Shown: one piece after another, positions 42,853-56,371 of the stretch | Position numbering within the stretch: position 1 is the first letter of the stretch | Layout of the letters: each line of letters opens with the position of its first letter | Assembly: GCA_002269645.1 (NCBI GenBank) | Contig: NIVC01000578.1 | Span: 541,202-605,201, forward strand | Source of the DNA: Macrostomum lignano | Taxonomy: Eukaryota | Length of the DNA stretch: 64,000 bases | Reading direction: 5' to 3' | Notes under the pieces: model-generated | Seen by the model: the letters and a program-made list of their open reading frames with translations, nothing else | Told to the model about the DNA's origin: nothing | Database searches by the model: none | Translations under genes and position numbers: made by a program

Positions 42853-43703
42853 CACCGCTGCGCTGCTCCCCGGCCGCAGATGCCTGGCAGCTGATTTCTC
42901 TGGATTTGAGCACGCGACAGTGGGGGGGGGGAGTCTTAGCGCAGTTCACCGTGCTGGAAGCGGCCTCGCGCTGCTCAGAGGAGTAAACTTTGCACCTGCG
43001 CTCCGCATGGCATTCTGTTAGTCGATTTTTTCGTTTACAAATTTAGCAATTTTTGTTTTCATACCTTTTTAGAATACTCAAATTATAACATTTGCTCCTG
43101 CTAGATGTATGCGTCTCGTACTAACAAATACACATAGCGCCATTCAAAGTCTGCAGCGTGTTGCCTAAACAGCAAGCCTCGCGAGTCGAGTACCAGCATA
43201 AGGCCAGCACTGCAGAAGCCACTCAATACTCGCACAGGTGCCTAAGACTTAATGCGCAGATACTCGCAATTGCTTGGCTAAAACCTGAGCCATTCGGTCG
43301 CGAAGCACTGGTTTGTACCCTACAGGCGTGTAATAAAACTGCATCCAGGCTGTCTGTAAAGGTGAAACGAAAATAGCACATAGTGCTCGAAGGGTGCGGC
43401 TACTGAATATTCATTGCATTGTTAATCACTATACTTCAGACGACAAAACGCAAGAGAATGTTTTGCGTTCGCTGAAAAAGTCGAGTGCAAGAGTGCACGA
43501 CCTGCTGAGTGCAAGTCGGGTTCAAACTCGAATGCAAACCGCTGTTCTTTCTCTGCAGCAAAGTGCCAGGGCCCACAGCGCAAAAACAGCAGGGCTGAGT
43601 CAGCTTAGCTGTCATAAATTAAGGGTGACACCAGAATAAGTATAAGAAGGATTGAAACTTTGCGCAGCCCTTAGCCGAAAAAATCAAATTGGATTCGCCA
43701 ACC

Positions 43704-45246
43704 ATGCGGCCCGTTCTGAGCCTGGCGCTCTGCCTCTGCTGCTGCGCTCTCGCCGAGTGCCAGAGACGCCGCGTCGAGGAGCTGCCGCGGCTGCTGTTCC
43801 GCCCGAACTTCACCCAGTACTCGGGCTACCTGACCTCCAGCAGCGGCAGCGGCGGCAGCCGGCGCCTCTTCTACTGGCTGGTCGAGAGCTCCCACGTGGA
43901 CGCCGCGACGGCTCCGCTCGTGCTGTGGATGAACGGCGGTCCCGGCTGCTCCTCGGTCGGTGGCCTGCTCATGACGAACGGGCCGTTCCTGGCGAACGAC
44001 CGCGCCGAGCTGGAGCGCAACGACTTCGCGTGGAACCGGCTGGCCAACGTGCTGTACATCGACTCGCCCAGCGGTGTCGGCCTGAGCGAGCCCGGACCCA
44101 CCGACCCGACCGAGCTCAACGATAACGCGACCACGCGGCTGAACCTGGGAGCGCTGCTCCACTTCTACAGCCTGTTCCCCGAGTACCGAGGCCGGGCCTT
44201 CTACATCGCGGGAGAGAGCTACGCGGGGATCTACATCCCGCTGCTGGCCAGCGCCATCATCGACGGCGGGCATTGGCCCAGCCTCATCAACCTGAAGGGC
44301 ATCGCCGTGGGCAACGGCCTGCACATGCCATACAATGAGTCGGCTTTTAAATCGGACCGCAGAGCCCTGACGGACGCGATGGGCATCAGCATTGGTAACG
44401 TCAGTGTTCTCGAGCTGTCTGTGGTGAGTAAAGTGCTTTTGCTTAACGGCTTCGCTGTATGATATTATATATCAAGTATATTCCATGATATTACGATAGC
44501 TCAGGTGTGACAGCACTGAAATGATATCTATTCAGCCAGTGTTTACAATCCACCAGGGTTCCAATGGTTCAGAGCATTCACAGCGGCTGTCAGTGAATTT
44601 GTACAACGTCGCTCATCCGTGGTACCCTGGAAGTGAAGCCGATGGCTATCCCGGCCTCAACTCAACTGGACTCGCCAGCTTCTTAAACGACAGGGACGTG
44701 CAAAATGCTCTGGGCGTGAATGAATCAACTTTACAGAAATTCATCCTCTGCCACGATGACATAAACAGAATCTACAGGAAGACGGAGCGTGACGTTCTCA
44801 GTGAATTCGTTACACTCGCCAATCACAGTGTCTCGGTGCTGCTGTACACCGGAGCCCTGGACTTGCTGCTGCCCGTGGGGTTGACGCTGCAGCTGCTGGA
44901 GCGGCTGTCCCCGGACCCAGTCAGCGGCCAGGACGCCTGGTTCTGGTGTTTGAGGAGGCCGGGCTACGGACTGCAGATCGGAGGCATCCAGAGGTCCTAC
45001 CTGGGCGGCCGAATCAGGTACCGGACGGTGATCGGCGCCGGACACTCCGTGGCAACGGACCGGCCAGAGATCGGGCTGCAGCTGCTGCAGGACCTGCTGG
45101 AGCCATCGAGGATCTGGCCGCAGAACTGTTTGCAGTTCGGAAGTGAAAATGCAGAAGTCTGCAATGGCCAGGGCAGACAGTTTGGACAGCAGATCCTGCT
45201 GCTAGGGACTCTGCTGGTGCTTTGCTTCAAGGGAACAGATGCTTGA
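43704..45246 (+). CDS. Serine carboxypeptidase S10, paralog C; exons 43704-44423 and 44584-45246
   Basis: GESYAG, YTGALD and GAGH triad. Phase-0 intron GTG|GTGAGT...TCACAG|. Hydrophobic C-terminal tail. Confidence 0.92.
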
Positions 45247-45739
45247 TTTAACCTGTTTAGTGTGGCTAATTCTTGAAACTTGAAACGGAATTTCTGTGGT
45301 ATATTTTGGACGTAAGGAGCATAAAACTGGGATAGTTTTATCCCAATGGGGTCATTTCGTTCACAAATACAAGAATGAAATCGATCGCTGGAATCAGAGG
45401 TGAAACGGTGTTACGGCGTTACCTTCTCCAGCACAGGTTGCCATGTGAAACCATGCGAAAGCTTCAAGGCTTTATGACTTCATCTGCTGCAGAGGCTCAG
45501 TGGCTTCCGCACTGATGTCGTGCTTTGATACGCCACACTTTCCCAGGCTTCACTCTAAGGATTATGGACCTGGATGCTTTGGCAGTCAACGCAGTGAAGC
45601 TGCGCTGGCTTTGAAGACCAGAAGGGCTAAGTTTAGTCGTATTCTCTTTATGTACTTTCCAGCAGTTTAACATTCAGCAGCCGAAGAGACCTTGGCAAGG
45701 TTTATTGGGTGCCCAGTTTAGAGACAAGCGAAAGGTTTC

Positions 45740-46160
45740 CGGATGCTCCTGCTATCAGATGTGGAAAGATTCTGGATGCTCCTGCTATCAGATGTGGAAA
45801 GATTCTGGATGCTCCTGCTATCAGATGTAGAAAGATTCTGGATGCTCCTGCTATCAGATGTAGAAAGATTCTGGATGCTCCTGCTATCAGATGTGGAAAG
45901 ATTCTGGATGCTCCTGCTATCAGATGTGGAAAGATTCTGGACGCTCCTGCTATCAGATGTGGAAAGATTCTGATGCTCCTGCTATCAGATGTAGAAAGAT
46001 TCTGATGCTCCTGCTATCAGATGTAGAAAGATTCCGGATGCTCCTGCTATCAGATGTAGAAAGATTCTGGATGCTCCTGCTATCAGATGTAGAAAGATTC
46101 TGATGCTCCTGCTATCAGATGTAGAAAGATTCTGATGCTCCTGCTATCAGATGTAGAAAG
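45740..46160. repeat. 33-bp minisatellite (GATGCTCCTGCTATCAGATGTAGAAAGATTCTG)
   Basis: Contiguous units with no spacers. Confidence 0.95.
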
Positions 46161-46524
46161 AACAAAACTTTCGTGTCAAGGAGGCCCCAAACTTAACTTG
46201 GCTTTTATCCTCGTAAAGAAAATAATGATCACAGGAAGGTTCTGGGCACCATGTTGTGGGGTCTCGTATTTTACAAACTAACTTTTGTACTACTTAAGGT
46301 AGTGTAGGCTGGGTCAGCAGATATCTTCATAATACTTCGAATCTTTTTTCGAAATGTAACGACAGTTGAGTCCATAAATATGTTAGGAATGTTAAAAATC
46401 ATAAAAAATTCAGCTCTTAATGAGTTTTGAACACCAGAAATAACCATGAGCTGGGATGGAAGCTGAAATCAATTTGAAAAAGACAATGGCGAGTCAATTA
46501 TTGCCTAATAATAATTGTAATACA

Positions 46525-47090
46525 CCGGCGCCAAAATTAGTGCTTGCGGCGCCAAAATGAGTGCTTGCGGTGCCAAAATGAGTGCTTGCGGCGCCAAAAT
46601 GAGTGCTTGCGGCGCCAAAATGAGTAAGTGCTTGCGGCGCCAAAATGAGTGCTTGCGGCGCCAAAATGAGTGCTTGCAGCGCCAAAATGAGTGCTTGCGG
46701 CGCCAAAATGAGTGCTTGCGGCGCCAAAATGAGTGCTTGCGGTGCCAAAATGAGTGCTTGCGGCGCCAAAATGAGTGCTTGCGGCGCCAAAATGAGTGCT
46801 TGCGGCGCCAAAATGAGTGCTTGCGGCGCCAAAATGAGTGAGTGCTTGCGGCGCCAAAATGAGTGAGTGCTTGCGGCGCCAAAATGAGTGAGTGCTTGCG
46901 GCGCCAAAATGAGTGAGTGCTTGCGGCGCCAAAATGAGTGCTTGCGGCGCCAAAATGAGTGCTTGCGGCGCCAAAATGAGTGAGTGCTTGCGGCGCCAAA
47001 ATGAGTGAGTGCTTGCGGCGCCAAAATGAGTGCTTGCGGCGCTAAAATGAGTGCTTGCAACGCCAAAATGAGTGCTTGCGGCGCCAAAAT
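46525..47090. repeat. 21/25-bp minisatellite (GAGTGCTTGCGGCGCCAAAAT)
   Basis: Tandem array; a related inverted relic lies at about 56145-56190. Confidence 0.95.
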
Positions 47091-47184
47091 GAAAACACGG
47101 ATTCTGAAAAAAATTTACACATAGAAATTTAGTCATGTACATATTCACGAATTTAGCTCGATACCAAGCGATTAGGCGATAGCT

Positions 47185-47790
47185 GAGTCATGAGCTAGAC
47201 TGGGGTAATAAGCTAGACTGGGGTCATGAGCTAGACTGGGGTCATGAGCTAGACTGGGGTAATAAGCTAGACTGGGGTCATGAGCTAGACTGGGGTCATG
47301 AGCTAGACTGGGGTCATGAGCTAGACTGGGGTCATGAGCTAGACTGGGGTCATGAGCTAGACTGGGGTCATGAGCTAGACTGGGGTCATGAGCTAGACTG
47401 GGGTCATGAGCTAGACTGGGGTCATGAGCTAGACTGGGGTCATGAGCTAGACTGGGGTCATGAGCTAGACTGGGGTCATGAGCTAGACTGGGGTCATGAG
47501 CTAGACTGGGGTCATGAGCTAGACTGGGGTCATGGGCTAGACTAGGGTCATGAGCTAGACTGGAATCATGAGCTAGACTGGGGTCATGAGCTAGACTGGG
47601 GTCATGAGCTAGACTGGGGTCATGAGCTAGACTGGGGTCATGAGCTATACTGGGGTCATGAGCTAGACTGGGGTCATGAGCTATACTGGGGTCATGAGCT
47701 AGACTGGGGTCATGAGCTAGACTGGGGTCATGAGCTATACTAGGGTCATGAGCTAGACTGGGGTCATGAGCTAGACTGGGGTCATGAGCT
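47185..47790. repeat. 18-bp minisatellite (TCATGAGCTAGACTGGGG)
   Basis: Tandem array. Confidence 0.97.
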
Positions 47791-47983
47791 ACATAGCTAG
47801 AATAGTGAGGTTCGGCTATTTTCATAGCCAAAGGTCATCCGCAGGGAAGCAAAGTTGCTTGTTGCACTTCAGTTTACACGCAGCCTGCTGAACCGCCGCC
47901 TAAGCCGAGATGTCTATGGCCCAGGCTCCTCGATCCTGATAGGATTTTGCCTATAAGAGAGACTTAACGCCATGGAGGAAAGA

Positions 47984-50900
47984 GTACACACCTGGCCGAG
48001 AAACCTAGTAGACAACCCGGCAGCACCCAGCAGCACCCGGCAGCACCAGGCAGCACCCGGCAGCACCCGGCAGCACCTGGCAGCACCCGGCAGCACCCGG
48101 CAGCACCCGGCAGCACCCGGCAGCACCCGGCAGCACCCGGCAGCACCCGGCAGCACCCGGCAGCACCCGGCAGCACCCGGCAGCACCTGGCAGCACCTGG
48201 CAGCACCCGGCAGCACCCGGCAACACACCTAGAGGCAATCTAACTAATCAAGGTATTTAACTTCTTTCCTTTTACTAAAATACTTATCCTTCCTCACATC
48301 CGCCTCCATCTAACCCATCCAGCAACCAGAACCACCCACCTGTTCCACTCCCCTGACTTTAATCACTCCGAAAACTGCATAATTCCTAATTTCCCTTCCC
48401 AGTAGCAATCAAACCAAACAAAAACCTGATTCTTACCTGTCCTAAGTCCTTAACAAACTCTCCCTCACTTTCTCCGCCTCTCGTCATGGAGGGAAGCGGA
48501 GATCGAAGGAAAGAGCAGGCGATGCTTGATGGGGCAGAAAGCAGCCTAGCCACCTGCTGTCCGCTCCATCACACATCCCAGAATCCCTCAGACTCCTAAT
48601 TGGAGAGCTGGCCCACCAGTCTGCCTACCTACAAACCTACCTATCTACTTTACCTTACCTACTTTACCTACCTACCTACCTACCTACCTACCTAACTACC
48701 TAGAACCTATTTAAATACCCGAAAATATACCTGCCTAACTATTTATCTACCGACCTGTCTACTTACCTTACCTTACCTACCTACCCACCTCACCTGTCTG
48801 CTTTTATTTATAGCTCACTTACACCAATATAAAATATCGGGCCGCAAATACTGAGCTCTTTCATCATAGCTTTACGCTAGCTAAAGTTAAGATGGCTGCT
48901 TGCAACCTTCCTCGTGTTTGGGGTTCACGAGTAACCAACGTCCCCCACTAGTGTAAAGTCTGTGATGAAATGCTTAGTTGCTGTGGCCCTGCTAAAAATT
49001 CATTTTATTTGCAAATAAACAAACTATTCTCAATCCAACAGTCTCACATTCTATCACAGAAACTAACCAGTGCACCCCAGTTCTTATTTTCCGGTACACA
49101 CCTGGCCGAGAAACCTAGTAGACAACCCAGCAGCACCAGGCAGCACCCGGCAGCACCCGGCAGCACCCGGCAGCACCCGGCAGCACCCGGCAGCACCCGG
49201 CAGCACCCGGCAGCACCCGGCAGCACCTGGCAGCACCTGGCAGCACCCGGCAGCACCCGGCAACACACCTAGAGGCAATCTAACTAATCAAGGTATTTAA
49301 CTTCTTTCCTTTTACTAAAATACTTATCCTTCCTCACATCCGCCTCCATCTAACCCATCCAGCAACCAGAACCACCCACCTGTTCCACTCCCCTGACTTT
49401 AATCACTCCGAAAACTGCATAATTCCTAATTTCCCTTCCCAGTAGCAATCAAACCAAACAAAAACCTGATTCTTACCTGTCCTAAGTCCTTAACAAACTC
49501 TCCCTCACTTTCTCCGCCTCTCGTCATGGAGGGAAGCGGAGATCGAAGGAAAGAGCAGGCGATGCTTGATGGGGCAGAAAGCAGCCTAGCCACCTGCTGT
49601 CCGCTCCATCACACATCCCAGAATCCCTCAGACTCCTAATTGGAGAGCTGGCCCACCAGTCTGCCTACCTACAAACCTACCTATCTACTTTACCTTACCT
49701 ACTTTACCTACCTACCTACCTACCTACCTACCTAACTACCTAGAACCTATTTAAATACCCGAAAATATACCTGCCTAACTATTTATCTACCGACCTGTCT
49801 ACTTACCTTACCTACCTTACCTACCTACCCACCTCACCTGTCTGCTTTTATTTATAGCTCACTTACAGCAATATAAAATATCGGGCCGCAAATACTGAGC
49901 TCTTTCATCATAGCTTTACGCTAGCTAAAGTTAAGATGGCTGCTTGCAACCTTCCTCGTGTTTGGGGTTCACGAGTAACCAACGTCCCCCACTAGTGTAA
50001 AGTCTGTGATGAAATGCTTAGTTGCTGTGGCCCTGCTAAAAATTCATTTTATTTGCAAATAAACAAACTATTCTCAATCCAACAGTCTCACATTCTATCA
50101 CAGAAACTAACCAGTGCACCCCAGTTCTTATTTTCCGGTACACACCTGGCCGAGAAACCTAGTAGACAACCCGGCAGCACCAGGCAGCACCCGGCAGCAC
50201 CCGGCAGCACCCGGCAGCACCCGGCAGCACCCGGCAGCACCCGGCAGCACCCGGCAGCACCCGGCAACACACCTAGAGGCAATCTAACTAATCAAGGTAT
50301 TTAACTTCTTTCCTTTTACTAAAATACTTATCCTTCCTCACATCCGCCTCCATCTAACCCATCCAGCAACCAGAACCACCCACCTGTTCCACTCCCCTGA
50401 CTTTAATCACTCCGAAAACTGCATAATTCCTAATTTCCCTTCCCAGTAGCAATCAAACCAAACAAAAACCTGATTCTTACCTGTCCTAAGTCCTTAACAA
50501 ACTCTCCCTCACTTTCTCCGCCTCTCGTCATGGAGGGAAGCGGAGATCGAAGGAAAGAGCAGGCGATGCTTGATGGGGCAGAAAGCAGCCTAGCCACCTG
50601 CTGTCCGCTCCATCACACATCCCAGAATCCCTCAGACTCCTAATTGGAGAGCTGGCCCACCAGTCTGCCTACCTACAAACCTACCTATCTACTTTACCTT
50701 ACCTACTTTACCTACCTACCTACCTACCTACCTACCTAACTACCTAGAACCTATTTAAATACCCGAAAATATACCTGCCTAACTATTTATCTACCGACCT
50801 GTCTACTTACCTTACCTACCTTACCTACCTACCCACCTCACCTGTCTGCTTTTATTTATAGCTCACTTACAGCAATATAAAATATCGGGCCGCAAATACT

Positions 50901-51380
50901 GAGCTCTTTCATCATAGCTTTACGCTAGCTAAAGTTAAGATGGCTGCTTGCAACCTTCCTCGTGTTTGGGGTTCACGAGTAACCAACGTCCCCCACTAGT
51001 GTAAAGTCTGTGATGAAATGCTTAGTTGCTGTGGCCCTGCTAAAAATTCATTTTATTTGCAAATAAACAAACTATTCTCAATCCAACAGTCTCACATTCT
51101 ATCACAGAAACTAACCAGTGCACCCCAGTTCTTATTTTCCGGTACACACCTGGCCGAGAAACCTAGTAGACAACCCGGCAGCACCCGGCAGCACCCGGCA
51201 GCACCCGGCAGCACCCGGCAGCACCCGGCAGCACCCGGCAGCACCCGGCAGCACCCGGCAGCACCCGGCAGCACCCGGCAGCACCCAGCAGCACCCGGCA
51301 GCACACCCGGCAGCACACCTGGCAGCACACCTGGCAGCACCCCCGGCAGCACACCTGGTGGCACGCCAGGTAGCAAATGG
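47984..51380. repeat. Tandem triplication of a roughly 1-kb unit, each containing a (GGCAGCACCC)n 10-bp array
   Basis: GTACACACCTGGCCGAGAAACCTAGTAGACAACC recurs at 47984, 49094, 50138 and 51142. Confidence 0.95.
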
Positions 51381-51539
51381 AGAAGCACATTGCCTAATCA
51401 AGGTAATGTTTATATCTTTTTAATCTTATTGTAAACTAAAGTCAGCAGTGGCGGCAGGCAGCTGGAACACTCGTCATTTCTGAATATGCAGCCTGGGCGA
51501 CGGCTCCGAACCGAAAAGCGTCACGGAGATGCGCCTTAC

Positions 51540-51745
51540 CGGAGCTGGAAATCATGGCGTGTCAGCAGCTGCTGGCAAAGCTCCGAGTACAAACTGCTCC
51601 AATAGATGCGGCTTGAGCAGACCATGAAGCTCCAAGAGGCCGGAGAAATTCGCGCTGGGCTCTCGACAGACAGCTTCGGCATTCGCGAGCGCCACGCCGA
51701 CTGCCAAGTCCCGCAGGAGTGGCAAGCAAGAAGAGGCAGCAGGGA
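51540..51745 (-). CDS. Candidate orphan internal exon of an unknown gene
   Basis: Open frame SLLPLLACHSCGTW...WSSLYSELCQQLLTRHDFQLR bounded by TGCTGCAG| and CG|GTAAGG. No partner exons were identified. Confidence 0.3.
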
Positions 51746-51809
51746 CTGCAGCACAGGTGGGTCTCATCGGGGTTTGGCCAAGTGCGAAATGCGTTTACCT
51801 GACCTCCAC

Positions 51810-52112
51810 TGCATACCTGACACCCACTGCATCCCTGACACCCACTGCATCCCTGACAGCCGGTCAGCATCCCTGACTGCCGGTCAGCATCCCTGACTGC
51901 CGGTCAGCATCCCTGACAGCCGGTCAGCATCCCTGACAGCCGTTCAGCATCCCTGACAGCCGGTCAGCATCCCTGACAGCCGGTCAGCATCCCTGACAGC
52001 CGGTCAGCATCCCTGACAACCGGTCAGCATCCCTGACAGCCGGTCAGCATCCCTGACAGCCGGTCAGCATCCCTGACAGCCGTTCAGCATCCCTGACAGC
52101 CGGTTAGCATCC
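51810..52112. repeat. 20-bp minisatellite (CGGTCAGCATCCCTGACAGC)
   Basis: Tandem array. Confidence 0.92.
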
Positions 52113-52374
52113 CTCTTCAATACGCAGTTCAGACAGGCGGAGCAAAATGAATCAGAGGTGTTTGATGATGTTGACTGGCATGAACTGCAGGCTCAAGTGA
52201 CCTTGCCTAACTACTCATACTAACTGTACTTAAGCAATAGGATGCAGACGTCCTTACTTAGCGTTATAATCGTAGTTAATCTCCTCTCTATTCCCTTACT
52301 TTTTAAGCTGGTACTCGCACCCTTCAATTCACCAATAAAGGCAAGGCAAACCAAAAATGCCTGCACGGGAATCG

Positions 52375-53180
52375 ATGAGAGGAATAGGGAATCTGGGAGA
52401 TGAAGAGGGAATCGGGGAGGGGAATGGGGAATCGGGGAGGGGAATAGGGAATTGGGAAGGGGAAGGGGAATAGGGGAATAGAGAATTGGGGAGGGGAATA
52501 GGGAACTGGGAGGGAAATGGGGAATTGGGGAGGGGAATAGGGAATCGGGAAGGGGAATAGAGAATTGGGGAGGGAAATAGGGAATCGGGGAGGGGAATAG
52601 GGAATTGGGGAGGGGCATGTGGAATCGGGAAGGGGAATGGGGAATCGGGAGGGGAATAGGGAATCGGGAAGGGGAATGGGGAATCGGGGAGGGGAGGGAA
52701 TTGGGAGGGAAATTGGGAATCGAAGAGGGGAATAGGGAATCGGGAAAGGGAATGGGGAATCGGGGAGGGGAATGGGGAATCGGGGAGAGGAATAGGGAAT
52801 CGGGAAGGGGAATAGGGAATCGGGGAGGGGAATAGGGTATTGGGGAGGGGCATGGGGAATCGGGAAGGGGAATGGGGAATTGGGGAGGGGAATAGGGAAT
52901 CGGGAAGGGGAATGGGGAATCGGGGAGGGAAATAGGGAATCAGGGAGGGGAATAGGGAATCGGGGAGGGAAATAGGGAATCAGGGAGGGGAATAGGGAAT
53001 CGGGGAGGGGAATAGGGTATTGGGGAGGGAAATAGGGAATCGGGGAGAGGAATAGGGAATCGGAAAGGGAATAGGGAATTGGGGAGGGGCAGAGGGAATC
53101 GGGACGGGAATAGGGAATCGGGAAGGGGCATAGGGAATTGGGGAGGGAAATGGGGAATTGGAAGTGGGAGAGGCAATTGT
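52375..53180. repeat. Purine-rich G-run repeat (GGGAATCGGGGAGGGGAATA-like)
   Basis: Strong strand asymmetry, with G-runs throughout. Confidence 0.92.
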
Positions 53181-53722
53181 GGATGAAATGATAATTCGCA
53201 TATACAAAAAATGGTGTGTGTCTATCTATCTAAAAGTACCTAAAATTTTCCATCCAGTTCGAATGTATTTCCAGCCAATCAATGCGTTCCAACAAGCAAA
53301 ATCTGAGGACACGACCCCAGTCTCAACCAATTAAAGCTAGCCATGTACCCTCTAAATTATTCCCCAACGCGAAAGACTGAAAATGCACTGTAAACCAATG
53401 TTGAAATCAAGCAAGAAGCTCGTTTGACCGCTCGCCCTCCGTCTCTCGATCCCTCACCTCCCAGCTCCTTCGTTTTTGAATATAGTTTGCTTTTGATTGA
53501 AACATATATTGAGGTCGCACTATATACGTTCGATCGTACGTCGGAACTTTTGCACTGTGGAGATAGGAGCTGAGAACGACCTCATCTTACGATGGCTTTA
53601 TAGAATATTCCAAAATAACCTAAACCGATAGCCTAAACCGATAGAAATCTGATCCACTTATCAAAAAAATCGACAACCGACCCTTTCCCTGCAACAGACT
53701 GAGCCTTCGGCTCACCCAAATA

Positions 53723-54928
53723 CACCATTTTACCCTCGATTTTGAACAAGGAGAACTTCGAAACTGACAAACTCCTCTTCAATATTGACACTCTATGGTC
53801 GGGCACTCAAAATCTACAATCAATATTGACAGATCAAGCTTCATTTTTGACAAACTCTGGTTCAATTTTGACAATGCACGTTTAGTCAACTTCTCCTGGG
53901 AGAATTCGGTAACAAAGTAATCCAATGAAAGCCTGAACGGGGCTGAAGTGAGCTGTGCAAAATCAGCTTATTCTGACTTTGCTTTTTGGATCCACAAGTA
54001 TTGATAAAATTTATTTTTCTCTATCCTTTACACACAGACTAAAATAGCCTGACTGGTTGGGCTGCAAAGTCTGATTCTATTTTGACAGAGTTGCTTCAAA
54101 ACTGACACTCTATGGTTTGTGTACCCAAAAAGTCCGCTTCATTTTTGACAACTCCGAATCAATATTGAACAGTTAACAATCGATTTTGACTAAGACATTT
54201 TTTGAAATAGATTTTAACAATTTTTACTAAGATTTCTCTCTTGAGGGGGGTACTTGCTATTTGGGAGAAGGGGTACTGGCTGCATGTATCTACGAGTACA
54301 TGTATGGGGATATTTCTATCCAGGGATGCTTGCTACCTGGGTGGATGTTTGCTACCTGGATGATCTTGGGAGTACCCCTTCTCCCAAATAGCAAGTACCC
54401 CCCCCCTCAAGAGAGAAATCTTATTAAAAATTGTCAAAATCTATTTCAAAAAATGTCTTAGTCAAAATCGATTGTTAACTGTTCAATATTGATTCGGAGT
54501 TGTCAAAAATGAAGCGGACTTTTTGGGTACACAAACCATAGAGTGTCAGTTTTAAAGCAACTCTGTCAAAATAGAATCAGACTTTGCAGCCCAACCAGTC
54601 AGGCTATTTTAGTCTGTGTGTAAAGGATAGAGAAAAATAAATTTTATCAATACTTGTGGATCCAAAAAGCAAAGTCAGAATAAGCTGATTTTGCACAGCT
54701 CACTTCAACCCCGTTCAGGCTTTCATTGGATTACTTTGTTACCGAATTCTCCCAGGAGAAGTTGACTAAACGTGCATTGTCAAAATTGAACCAGAGTTTG
54801 TCAAAAATGAAGCTTGATCTGTCAATATTGATTGTAGATTTTGAGTGCCCGACCATAGAGTGTCAATATTGAAGAGGAGTTTGTCAGTTTCGAAGTTCTC
54901 CTTGTTCAAAATCGAGGGTAAAATGGTG
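53723..54928. mobile_element. Foldback element / MITE with about 555-bp inverted arms and a TA target duplication (Tc1/mariner-like)
   Basis: Arms 53723-54277 and 54371-54928 are near-perfect reverse complements, flanked by TA. An uninterrupted paralogous site lies at about 55340-55410. Confidence 0.88.
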
Positions 54929-54974
54929 TAGTTAGAACCTAGCATAAACTGGAGTCAATCGAGCTTCTTATTCG

Positions 54975-55345
54975 AGCAACAGACACCTCATTGCCTGAAC
55001 TGATAGACTGATCCACTGAGCACAAACCCACAACCGACCTTTCCCTGCAACAGACACCTAATTGCGTAAACTGATAGACTGATCCACTGAGCACAAACCC
55101 ACAACCGACTCTTTCCCTGCAACAGACACCTAATTGCGTAAACTGATAGACTGATCCACTGAGCACAAACCCACAACCGACCCTTTCCCTGCAACAGACA
55201 CCTAATTGCGTAAACTGATAGACTGATCCACTGAGCACAAACCCACAACCGACTCTTTCCCTGCAACAGACACCTAATTGCGTAAACTGATAGACTGATC
55301 CACTGAGCACAAACCCACAACCGACCCTTTCCCTGCAACAGACCG
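54975..55345. repeat. 71-72-bp tandem repeat, about 5 copies
   Basis: CTGATAGACTGATCCACTGAGCACAAACCCACAACCGAC... recurs every 71-72 nt. Confidence 0.93.
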
Positions 55346-55899
55346 AGCCTTCGGTTCACCCAAATAATTAAAACCCACCATTAACTGGAGTCAATCGAGC
55401 TTCTTATTTGGAACACTACTTCTATTGTACTTCGTATTTTATTCTTTGAAATACAAAATCGCGAGACTTTGAACATCAAATACGACGGTCAAATGACAAA
55501 ATAATTGCTCAAGAAAACGATTACCTACGTTGGAAACTAAAGTGCCTCAGCTGTCTAAGACATACTTTAAAAGAATCACAAGTGCTTGTCTTGTCATGGT
55601 ATGGCTAATTTAACACTTTTACTTCAGTAGTACTTTTTTCAAAATGGCTTTAATACTTTACTTTACACTTCAAAAGTGCAATCGTTTATGAGACGAAGTA
55701 CAGTCAGTAACTTCAAAGTGAGGGAACAAATGTGAGAAGTAAGGAACTCAGCTTATGCACCTGCATTCTAGCTAGGCCCTATCTAGCAGGGATAGTGAAT
55801 TAAACAATTCCAGAGTGTGTCTAATTTGTCTGCGAAAGGCTGAGCGCCGTCTGAATGACGTAACAACTGCTGAGCAGCACATCCTTCCGAACTATTGGT

Positions 55900-56371
55900 C
55901 AGTGCGGCGTGTTTTGCATGATTTTCATTGGAGTCTGCGAGGGCTGCCGTCGAATGGTTTTTTCGCTTGGAGGCCCATCATCTCATCCTTTGCCGTCCAG
56001 ACTCAACTACGGACAAACTGACCATGCAGATCTGCAAGATTGCCCGCAGCAACCTGCGCAAAAATTCACAAAAATTGATTTTATGGTGGGGGGACAAAGC
56101 CAATAATTCTACATGTACATTATTTTCAGAATCGGCATTGTCCGCACTCATTTTAGCGCCGCAGACACTCATTTTAGCGCCGCAGGCACTGTGTTTTGTC
56201 GCCCTACACAAAATTGTTGATTTTCATAACGGGCTACAAGACAAAGCATTGACATGCCCCCAGATCTTTTACTGCTCTGTAAAAGATTCTGTAAAAGAAA
56301 TTATGTTCGTTCTGCCTCCACCAGAGCTGCACCTGATGCTTGGCATCACGAATCGCATCTTCGAAGTTTGA
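55900..56371 (+). mobile_element. Possible degenerate DDE transposase fragment (Chapaev-like)
   Basis: LPPPELHLMLGITN and a nearby G..SSHP motif resemble Chapaev-type transposase motifs as recalled; frames are broken. Confidence 0.3.
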
